64,000 bases of DNA from the human T2T-CHM13v2.0 reference genome, Homo sapiens: the NCBI RefSeq assembly GCF_009914755.1, contig NC_060948.1. One strand, 5' to 3'. Positions 43,101 through 54,600 of the stretch are shown here, piece after piece. Each line of letters starts with the position of its first letter. Position 1 is the first letter of the stretch. A model generated the notes under the pieces. It had not been told where the DNA came from and ran no database searches. It worked only from the letters and a program-made list of their open reading frames with translations. A program made the translations under genes and the position numbers.

Positions 43101-45539
43101 GAGGCTAGCAGATGCACATTCGCAAGGCAGGCCCAGGGGCTCAGCTGTCAGAGCAGCCATTCTGCCTAAGCAAAGGAAAATGGTATAGGCAGAGCCGGCC
43201 TCATATCAGGAGAAAGGCTGCCTGTGATAACCAACTGGGGGACCCTAAATAAGTCAACCTTAGGACCCCTTCCATCCATCTCCTTGGTCGGGTCCCACTG
43301 GAGGAAGAGGTGTTTTGAGACTGTTAGGCTGTCATGCAAAACTGCTCTTTTGACTTCATTCTTGAAAGAGGCTATTTGTAAGAATCAGGTCCCATAGGGA
43401 TTGGAATAGAGTCTGGTGAGTTGTTGAGGGGTCTTTGTGTCATGGAATCATAAGTGAGACCCCAGAGGTGGTTGTCAGTGAAATATGGCCAAACCCCTGT
43501 CCTCACTGCCTCTCTTCATTCTGGGTCCCCCAGGGGCTCTCTGGGAAAGGCATAAACCACAACAAATGCAAGTCTAAGATGGATCAGAGTTCTCACACCT
43601 TGAACTTCCCTCTCAGGGATGCAGATGAGGTTGACACATTGTCTTAGAGGCTGTCTGTGGCTATTGCAAGCCTGAAAACTGCGTCCAATAGTGCCGTTGT
43701 GGGGCAATGGCGACACCCCATGAAAGCACAAAAAACTCAAGGCTCACCCGAGAGAATGAGCTGACTTTTGCTGGAGTCCAAGCAACATTCAGATACTCCT
43801 GTCAGAGTACCTAAAAGCTTCCTCAGAAGTGCAAACAACCTCAGCCTCCACAATGAGACAACGACCCACAACCTGAAGTGCAGCCAGCCTACCTGAAGGC
43901 CATTTTGCTCCCTAAAATCGCTGGCAGCCAAAAGATCTGTGGTGAGTGGCAGTCGCATCCAGCAATGGCTGAATGACCCTCTCCACAATGAGAAAGGACC
44001 TACAGTGGAAATGAAACAGACCACAGATTACCAGGCAAAAGCCAGACATGACTGCATGCTTCTCATCCTATGGGAATCATGCACCCATCCGACAGAAGAG
44101 GGAGAACAAGAGTTTCCCTGTTGGTGTCAGTAACAGGAATTTATGGTTTTAAATGTATTACAGATGCCCAGTCATTAAATTGTGACAGTGTAATCTGTCT
44201 TCACCATTTTTGCAGGCGAATATGCATGACTCCAACCACCCCTTACCAGACTGTATCTTCAAACCTATGTGACCTTATTACTGCTCGTACTCTGTGTCCA
44301 AGAATAAAATCCCAAGACAATGGAGGATTGTCCCATTGTGATGAAAAGCACGTGTTCAGCTGGGAATCAAATTTGCGGTAGATTCAAGGGGCCCTGAGAA
44401 CAGGACTGCCAGTGTCTCTCCCTGGGTTTGCTGCAGAACATGAAACACTGGGAGATGTCTGCTCTTGGGTGTGGTTTGCTATTCTTCTTCCTAGAAGAGG
44501 GTTTTGTTTTGTTTTGTTTTTTGCAGTGGGACATAATTTAACTTTGGCATGTCTCAGCCAATCTCCCAGTTCACTGTGGATTCATGATCCACACAAAAAA
44601 ATGAAGAAGTTGTAATCCCATAGACCAAGCAAGGCCACACAGACAGGCCACCAAAAGTTAGGAGTCTCAAAAATAAGAAGTGCTTTAGGGCAATAGCCAC
44701 ATTCCTTTAAGAGATTCCACTTACAGGCACACAGATACACACACACACACACACCCCAACACTCACAACACTCCCACAGAAACACACAGCCCAGCAGCTT
44801 CTGAGGCTGCATGGTTCTGCAGGAAGCCCCACCTGGAAGAGACAATGCCTAAGGAACACAGGCTGGCTGAAACTAGAAATCACAGTGTGGCAAGTTTCAA
44901 AAAGACTAACTGCTACAATGTCTAGGAAGGCCTGAGGCCTTTTTCAGATCCTTTTGGATCCTTAGGGATTTCACAGTTTATTCCTGGGGCTCTGCTTGAT
45001 GTTTCTTTAGGCTGGCTTGCACCCAGCATCAATCGATTCCACTTTCATTTGGCTACAGCAATGAAAGCCCTCAAATCAGGAGTTTGCCAGGATGGCCCCA
45101 ATTTGCACTCCCAATCTTCCTTGCATGTTGGAGGACTCCCACTTGAACAGCGGGCCTTGGTGTGGACTGCGTGTGCAATTAAGGAATGTGGGGATGGAGT
45201 TGGAAGCATCTTCTGTGTCATCCGTCCTCTTCTTCTTTTTTTTTTTTTTTTTGCAAGTGAAGTTGCAGGACCCCATCCGCCCCTCTCCAGATTGTATCCT
45301 CACTCCATCTGACCTTATTGATTCTCACACTATATGTCCTACAATGAAATCCCAAGATGATGGAGCAGTGCCCCCTCATGACATGAAGCACCTGCTAGGC
45401 TGGGAACCAAATTTGAGGTAAATTCAAAAGGCCTGCAGATGAGACTGCTAGTGTGCTCCCTGGGTTTCCCACAGGACAATGAATCTCTGGGAGACATCTG
45501 TTTTTTGGGTGTGGTGTGCTCATCTTCTTTCTAAAAGGG

Positions 45540-45543
<4 letters not shown>

Positions 45544-45577
<34 letters not shown>
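45544..45577. repeat. Poly(T)34 tract immediately 5' of the unit's (G)CAG/GGGGAG acceptor-like site (here mutated to GCATGG)
   Basis: Direct reading of the sequence. Confidence 0.9.
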
Positions 45578-45579
<2 letters not shown>

Positions 45580-46051
45580 ATGGGGAGGTGATTTGGATGT
45601 TGGCATGCCTTGGCCCAACTCCCAGTTCTTTTTGAATTAGTGATCCACAGAAAAATAAAGAACACTGAGCCCTGCAGCCCAAGCAGAGCCACACAGACAT
45701 GTCAACAAAAGGTTGGGAGACTCAAAAAAAAAAAAAAAAAGAAGGACTGAAGTTCTTTAGCCACATTCCTTTAAGCACACTCTACTTACAGGCACACACA
45801 GACATACACATAGACACACAAACCCAAAATAACACACACACACACGCAAACATCTATCACTCACAACTTTATCACAGAAACACACAGCTCAGCAGCTCCT
45901 GAGGCTGCTTGGTTCTGCAGAAAGCCCCACCTGGGAGAGAACAACCCTGGGGAACACAGGTGGGATGTACCAAGAAATCAGAAAGGGCCAAATTTCAACA
46001 AGAGTCATTCCTACATCTAGGCAGGCCTGAGGAAACCTGCAGATCACTTTG

Positions 46052-48522
46052 GATCGTTATGGATTTCACAGTTTATTCCTAGGGCTGTGCTTGACATTTC
46101 TTCAGGCTGGCTCATGTCTACAGTCTCCTAGGATCAGAGGAATATCCAGGGGATCCTACGGAGAAGATAGGGGAGAGTCCACCCCCAATGCTCCTCCGTG
46201 GAGGTCTCCTTCTCCGCCAAGCTGCAGGGACTTGAGAGTAGGCAATGGCAAAGTTCATTGAGACACTAGCCATAGCTCACAGTTAGGCCTGGTGCCCTGA
46301 GACTAGCACATGTGCATTTGTGAGGCAGGCTTGGGAACCTGTGTGTCAGAGCTGTCAGCCTGCCTAAGCAGAGGAAAATGGTACAGCCAGAGCTGGCCTG
46401 GTATCGGGAAAAAGGCTGCCTGTGAAAACCCACTGTGGGATCTCAAAATGCTCAACCTCAGGGCGCTTTTGGTGGATCTCCATTGTCAAGTTCCACTGGA
46501 GAAGAAGGCGTTTTGAGACTGTGAGATAGTCGATGGAAACTGCTTTTCTGACTCTATTTCTGAAAGGGCTGTTTGCAGGAATCAGGTCCCATTGGGATTG
46601 GAATACTGTCTGGTTTGTTTTTGAGGGTTCCTCAGATGACAGAATCACATCTGATACCCCAGAGTTGGATGTCTGCAAAAGATGTCTGGGATTTTGACCT
46701 TCCTTCCTCCCTTTATTCTATGCCTTACAAAGGCTCTTTGAGAAAGGCAGGAACCAGAAGAGAGGCAAGTCCAAGGTAAAGCAGTGTTCTCACACCTCAG
46801 ACAGGAGGCTCACGGGTGCAGATGAGGTTGAGACAGTGTCTCAGTGGCAGTCTGTGGTGATGGCAAGCCTGAACAAGCCTGGACGGTAGTGCTGTTGAGG
46901 GGCACTGTGGATTCCCCATGAAATGAAACAAACAAAAAAATCAATGCTCGCCTGAGAGAACGAGCTGCCTTGTGCTGGAGTCCAAGCAATGTTCAATGCT
47001 TCCTGTCAGAGGACCCAACACCCTCCAGCAAAGTGAAAACCACCTCATCCCACACAACCAGAAAACAACCCACAACCTAAAGCACAGCCAGCCTACACGA
47101 AGTCCCTCTTTCTCTCTTAAATAGCTGGCAGCTAAATAATCTGTGGCAGGAGGAAGTCACATCCGACAAAAGCCCAATGAAAGAGACCATCCACAATGAG
47201 GAGGCCAAGCAGATAAAATAAAACAGAGGCTTGACTGCCAGGCAAAAGCTAGACATGACTGCCTGCTTCTTATCCCACAGGAATCAAGCAGCCCTCTGAT
47301 AGAAGTGGGAGAACAAGGGTTTCCTTGTTGGTGGCTGTAACAGGAATTCATGGTTTTAAATGTCAAAACTGCCAAGTCATTAAAATGTGAGTGTTTAGAA
47401 GGAAACCCTCATGCAGTGGATTCCATAAGGGTCTCTCTTCATGAACTGGGAAACATTTAGTGTGGAAGTCCTTGACCCAGACACAGCAAACTCTAGGCCG
47501 ATGAGGTACATGAATGTCAAAAAAAGAAGAGGCAAGTGTGAAGGTCCACATCCCACGCAATGTCAATCCATTCCACTTACATTTGGCTCCAATTATGAAA
47601 GCCCTCAAATCAGGAGTTTGCCAGGATATCCCCAATTTGCACTCCAGGTGTTCCTTGCACGTTGGAGTACTCCCACTTGAACAATAGGCCATGGTGTGGA
47701 CTGCTTGTGCAATTAAGGGAATGAGGGGATTGTGTTGGAAGCAATCTGTGTCATCTGTCTTCATTTTTATTGCAAGTGAAGTTGCAGGACCCATCTACTC
47801 CTTACCAGATTGGATCCTCCACCCTGTCTGACCTTACTGCTGCCCACACTCTGTGTTCCAGGATGAAATCACAAAACTATGAAGGAGTTCCCCACAACGA
47901 TGTGAAGCACCTCCTCAGCTGTCAACTGAATTCAAGGTAAATACAATCAGCTCTGCAGACAGGACTGCTAGTGTCTCTACCTGGGTTGGCTGCAGGACAA
48001 TGAAACACTGGAAGATGCCTGTTTTTCGGTGTGGTGTGCTCCTCTTCTTTCCAGAAGAGTGGCTTTGTTTTTACAGTGGGAGTTTATTTGGATGCCAGCG
48101 GGACTTGGCAAGCTCCCAACTGTGGATTCATGATCCACAGAAAAATAAAGAACACACAGCCCAAGCAGACCCACACAAACAGGCCACCAAAAGGTGTTGA
48201 GACTCAAATAAAGTAGCACTGAATTGGGTTATCCACATTTCTTTAAGCAGACTCTACTTACAGGCACAAACACACACACACACAACACAAACACACAGTG
48301 CCACACACACACATGCAGACATCCAACACTCGCAACACTCCCACAGAAACACACAGTGATGCAGCTCCAGAGGCTGCATCATTCTGCAGGAAGCTCCACC
48401 TAGGAGAGAGCAACCCTAGGAACAGAGGTGTGCTGTGCCTAGAAATCACAGAGGGGAACGTTTCAAAAACACTGACCCCTGCAATGTGTAGGTAGGCCTG
48501 AATAATCGTGTGGATACTTTTG
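46052..48522 (+). repeat. Representative intact array unit (2471 bp)
   Basis: Anchor-to-anchor unit with all sub-motifs in canonical order. Confidence 0.85.
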
Positions 48523-48884
48523 GATCCTTAGGGACTTTGTGGTTTATTCCTGTGGCTGTGCTTGATGTTTCCTCAGGCTGGTTCACATCTGCCCTCTCCT
48601 AGGATTATGGAACTCTCCCGTGGATCCACAGAAAAGACAGGCGAGAGTCCACCATGGACACACCTCCACAGAGGTCTCCTTCATTGACAAGTCGCAGGAA
48701 CTTGTTGCTAGGCAACGGTGACATTAATTGTGATGATAGCCAGAGCTCACAATCAGGAATGATGCCCTGAGACTAGCTCATGCGCATTCATGAGGCGGCC
48801 TTGGGCACCTGGCTCTCAGAGCTGTCAGCCTTCCTTAGCCGAGGAAAATGCTACAAGCAGACCTAGCCTGGTATCAGAAAAGGG

Positions 48885-49406
48885 ATGCCCGCAAAACCAC
48901 TGGGGGACAGTAAAAGTCTTGACCTCACATCCCATTCAGGCCATCTCTGTGGTCAGGTCCCGCCAAAGGAGGAAGCATATCAATACTGTGAGGTGGTCTG
49001 TGGAAACTACTCTTCTGTCTCCCTTTTTGACAGAGGGTGTGTGCAAGAATCGGGTCAGGTGGAGATTGGAATAAAGTCTGATGTGTTGTTGACGGTTCTT
49101 TCGATGATAGAATCATACCTGAAGCCCCATGGGCTGGTGTCAGTGAAAGATGGCCGGGCCCTTGACGTCACTGCCTCCCTTCATCCTGAGCCTCTGAGGG
49201 GCTCTGTGGGAAAGGCAGGAGCCACAGCAAAGGGAAGTCCAAGGTGGAGCACAATTCTCACAACTTGGACTGACCTCTCACAGGTGAAGATGAGGTTGAG
49301 ATCAGTGTCTCAGGGGCCGTCTGTGGTGATGGCAAGCCTAAAAAGGGTGTCCAGTAGTGCTGATAAGGGGCACTGTGGATTCCCCAAGAAAGCAAACAAA
49401 CATTAA
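48885..49406 (+). pseudogene. 173-codon residual frame of the CLUH-derived unit
   Basis: ORF track. It contains KSLD, VTASL-x-GSPRW and SLKRV in one frame, in the same order as in CLUH. Confidence 0.55.
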
Positions 49407-50181
49407 AGCTCACCTGAGAGAATGAGTTGTCTTGTGCTGGAGTCCAAGCAATGTTCAATGATTCCTGTCAGAGGACCCAAAATGCTCCTGCAAACTGCAA
49501 GCAACCTCAGTCCCCCAAACAAGACCATAAACCACAAACTTGAGCACAACCAGCCTCCACAAAGTCCCTTTTGCTCTCTGAAATCCCTGCTAGCTAAATA
49601 ATCTGCGGCAAGAGGCAGTCCCATCCAGCAACAGTTCAAGAACCCCCCTCCACAATGAGAAGGCCATGCAGATGAAATGAAACAGAGGCTAGATTACCAG
49701 GTAAAAACCCACACATGGTTGCCTGCTTCTCATCCTACAGTAGTCATGCAGCCCTCTAATCGAAGTGGGAGAACAAGAGTTTTCTTGTTGGCGGGTTTAA
49801 TGGGAATTTATGGTTTTAAAAGTATTAAAGGTGACCAGTCATTAAAATGTTACAGTGTTTAGAAGGGAACAATCACCCAGTGGATTCCCATGATGGCCAT
49901 TCTCTATGAACCGGGTAACCTTTCGTGTGGAAGTCATTGAGCGAGACCCAGGAAACCCTAGGCTGATGAGGAACATGAAATTCAGGAAAGGAAGAGGGAT
50001 ATCTGGAGGCAATATCACATCCAGCATCAATCCATTCGACTTCTATTTGACTCTGGGTATGAAAGCTTTAAATCAGGAGTTTGCCAAGGTTGCCCCAATT
50101 TGCACTCCAAGTGTTCCTTCCACGTTGATGTACTCCCATCTGAACATATGGCAATGGAGTTTGAAACACCTTCTGTTTCAT

Positions 50182-50213
<32 letters not shown>

Positions 50214-51552
50214 TGCATGTGAAAGTGTGGGACACTATCCACTGCTTACCAGATTGTATCCTCACCCTTATCTGACCTCATTGCTGCTCACACTCTATGT
50301 CTCAGGATGAAATCCCAAGAAAATAGAGGAGTAACCCCTCATGATGTGAAGCATCTGCTCAGCTGTGAATTGAATTTGAAGTAAATTCATGAGGACCTGA
50401 GGACAAGACTGCTAGTGTGTCTCCCTGTGTTGGCCACACGGAAATGAAACACTGGGAGATGTCTGTTTTTTGGTGAAAGAATCTGATTTCATGGGTATTG
50501 GTATATAGTCTAGCTTGTTGTTGAGTGTTCTTTGGCTGATAGAATTATACCTGAAACCCCAGAGACTGGTTTCAGTGGAAAATGTCTGGACTCTAGATCT
50601 CACTACCTCATCCTGGGTCTTGTAGGGGCTCGCTGGAACAGGCTGGAACCAAGACAAAGGCAAGCATGTGATGGAGGAGTGTTCTTGCACTTTGGACCTT
50701 CCTGTCACGGGTGCAGATGAGGTTGAGTCACTATCTCAGAGACCATCTGTGGTGACGACAAGCTTGAAAATCATGTCAAGTAGCACTTTTGAGGGGCATT
50801 GTGGATTCCACCATGAAAACAAAATAACAAAAAAAATCATGGCTCGCATGAGAGAATGAGCTCCTCAGGCTGAAATTTAAGCAATGTTCAATAATTCCTG
50901 TCAGAGGACCCAAAACTCTCCTGCAAAGGGCAAACAACCTCAGCCCCCATGAAGAGAAAATTACCCACAACAAGTAGCACAGCCATTTTTCCTAAAGTCC
51001 TTTTTGCTTTGTGAAATCCTTGGCAGCTAAATAATCTGTGGCATAAGGCAGTCCCATCCAGCATCATCCCAATGAAGAGTCCCTCCACAATGAGAATGCC
51101 ATGCAGATGAAATGAAACTGAGGTTATACTACCAGGCAAATCCAGACACGGTTGCCCACTTCTCATCCTACAGAAATCATGTGGCATTCAATAGAAGTGT
51201 GACAATAAGACTTTCCTTCTTGGTGGCTGTAATGGAAATTTATGGTTTTAAAAGTATTAAAGCTGCACAGTTATTCAAACCTGAAAGTGTTTAGAGGGAA
51301 ATACTCATGCAATGGATTCCCATGAGGATCATTTTCCATGAACAGAGAAATATTTAGTGTGGAAGTTGTTGAGCCATACCCAGGAACCCCTAGGTCAGTG
51401 AGGAACATAAAATTCAAAAAGAAGAGGCAAATGTTGAGGCCACACCTTACCCAGTATCAATCATTTCCACTCCCCATTTAGCGTTGGGTACGAAAGCCCT
51501 CAAATCAGGAGTTTTCCAGGATGCCCCCAACTGGCACTCCAAATATTTCTTG

Positions 51553-51654
51553 CATTCGAGTACTCTTACCTCAGCACCTGGCAATGGTGTGGACTGCTTT
51601 TGCCATTCGAGTACTCTTACCTCAGCACCCGGCAATGGTGTGGACTGCTTTTGC
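51553..51654. repeat. Near-perfect 51-bp tandem duplication
   Basis: CATTCGAGTACTCTTACCTCAGCACC(T/C)GGCAATGGTGTGGACTGCTTTTGC occurs twice with one mismatch. Confidence 0.95.
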
Positions 51655-54600
51655 AAATAAGGGAATGCGGGGATGTATTTGGAAGCACCTTCTGTGTCAT
51701 CTGTCTTCGTTTTTTTTTGTTGTTTTGTTTTGTTTAGGTTTTGGTTTTTGCAGGTGAAGTTACAGGACACCATCCATTCCTCAGCAGATTGTATCCTTTC
51801 CCCATCTGACCCGATTTCTACTCACACTGTAAGTCCCAGGATGAAATCACAAGATGATGGAGAACTGCCCTCTCATGATGTGAAGCATGTGCTCAGCAGA
51901 GGACAAATTCGAGGTAAATTCAAGGGGCCCTTTGGACAAGACTGCTATTGCCTCTCCCCAGTTTGGCCACAGTACAGTGAAACTCTAGGAAATGCCTGTT
52001 TTTTTGGTGTCATGTGACCCTCTTCTCTCAAGAAGAGTGGCTTATTTTGCAGGGGTGGGTATGACTCAGATGCCTGCACATCTCAACCCGCCTCCCTATT
52101 CACTGAGGATTCATGATCTACAGAATAATAAGGAACATAGAGCCCCACAGCCCAAGAAGAGCCACCAAGACAATCCACCAAAGTGGGGAGACAAAAAAAA
52201 AAAAAAAAAAAAAAAAGAATTGCTGAAGTGTGGTAGCCACATTCCTTGAAGTAGACTCCACTTATAGGCACACACACAGAAATCCAACCCTCACAATACT
52301 CCCTCAGAAACACACAGCCCGGCAACTCCCAAAGTTGTGCAGTTTTGCGGGAAGCCCCAACTGGGAGAGAGCAACCCCAAGGAAAAAAGGCAGGCTATAC
52401 CTAGAAATCACAGTGGGGCCAGTTTCAAAAAGACTCACCCCTACAACATCTAGGCAGGCCTGAGGAATCTTGCAGATTATTTTGTATCCTCAGGGATTCA
52501 CAGTTTATTCCTGAGGCTCTGCTTGACATTTCTTCAGGTTGGCTCACATCTGCCCTCTCCTTGGAACATGGGACTATCTGGTCGATTCCACAGAGAAGAC
52601 AGGACACAGTCCACCAAAGACACATCTCCACGGAAGTCTCTTTCTCTGCCAAGGCACAGGGACTTGTCGCTAGGCAATGGTGACTTTCATGGTGAGGCTA
52701 GCCAGAGGCTTTTAGACTAGGGCATGCGCATTGTGAGGCAGGCTCAGGTGCCAGGCTGTAAGAGCTGTCAATTGCCTTAAGCAGAGGAAAATGGTACAGG
52801 CAGAGCCAGCCTGGTATCAGTAAAAACACTGCCTGTGAAAACCCACTTTGGGACCATAAAAGTCTTGACCTCAAGGCCCCTTCGGGTCATCTCCATGGTA
52901 GGATCCCACTGGAGGATGAGGTGTTTCAAGACTGTGAGGTGGTCGCTGGAAACTGATCTTCTGGCTCCGTTTCAGAAAGGGGCTGTGTGCAAGAATTGGG
53001 TCCCATGGGTTTGGGATATTGTCTGGTGTGTTGTTGAGGGTTCATTGAGTGATAGAATCATACCTGGGACCCCAGAGGTTCGTGTCAGTGAAAGATGGCT
53101 GGGCTCTTGACCTCACCCTCTCCCTTCATCCTGGGCCTTGCAGAGGCTCTCAGGGAAAGGTAGAAACTACAAAGGCAAATCCAAGGTGGTGCATGTCCTC
53201 ACACCTCAGACTGGCCTCACATGGTTGCAGGTGAGGTTGAGAGAGTGTCTCAGAGGCCATCTGTGCTGATGGCAGCCTGAAAATAGTGTCCAGTAATGCT
53301 GTGAAGGGGCACTGTGGATTCCCCATGAAAGCAAACAAAAATCAAGGCTCTCCTGAAAGAAACAACTGCATTGTGCTGGAGTTGAAGCAAGGTTCAATGA
53401 TCCTTGTCAGAGGAACCAAAAGCCCCCTGTAAAGTGCAAACAATCACAGTCCCCACAATGAGACAATGACCCACAACCTGCAGAGCAGCCAGACTAGCCG
53501 ATGTCCCTTTTGCTCTCTGAAATTCCCAATAGCTACATAATCTGTGGCAAGAGGCTCTTCCATCCAACAACAGCCCAATGAAAGAACCCCTCCACTATAA
53601 GAAGGCCAGGCAGACAAAATGAAACAGAGGCTATATTATCAGGCAAAAGCCAGACACGGCTGCCTGCTTCTCACTCTACAGGAATCATGCATCCCTCCAA
53701 TAGAAGTAGGAGAAGTATCAAAGCTGCCCTGTCATTAAAACATGACAGTGTTTAGAAGGAAATTCTCATGCAATGGATTCCCATGAGGGTCATTCTCTGT
53801 GAACTGGGAAATGTTTAGTGTGGAAGAGGCCAAGCCAGACCCAGGAAACCCTAAACTGATGAGTAACATGGAACTCAGGAAAAGAAGAGGCATGCATGGA
53901 GGCCACATCCCACCCAGCATCAATACATTCATCTTCCATTTAGCTCCAGGCGTGAAGGTCCTCAAATCGGGAGTTTGCCAGCATGGCCCCTATTTGCACT
54001 CCAAATATTCCTTGCACATTGGAGTACTCTGACCTGAACACCGTGCCATGATGTGGACTACTTGTGCAATTAGTGGAATGTGAAAATGGAATTGGAAACA
54101 CTTCTGTGTAATGTCTTCATTTTTTGCAGGTGAAATTGGGGGACCCCATCCAGCCCTCACCACATTGTATCATTACCCCTTTCTAACCTCATTTCTGCTC
54201 ATACTCTATGTCCCAGGATGAAATCCCAAGACGCTGGAGGAGTTTTCCTTTAAGACATGAATCACCTATTCAGCTGGGAACTGAATTCAAGGTAAATTCA
54301 TGGGGCCCATGGGATAGGACTGCAGGGGCTCTCCCTGGTTTGGCTGCAGGACAATGAAACACTAGAAGATGCCAGTTTTTTGGTGTGGTGTGCTCCTCTT
54401 CTTTCTAAAAGACTGAATTTTTTTGCAGGGGGAGGTGATTTGTACACATGCCTCCCAATTCACTGTGACTTCATGATCCACAGAAAAATAAAGAACACAG
54501 ATCCCCACATCCCAAGCAGAGCCACACAGACACACCACCAAAAGGCTTGGCGATGGCAATCCTGAAAAGTATGTCCAGTAGTGCTGCTGAAGGGCAAGAC

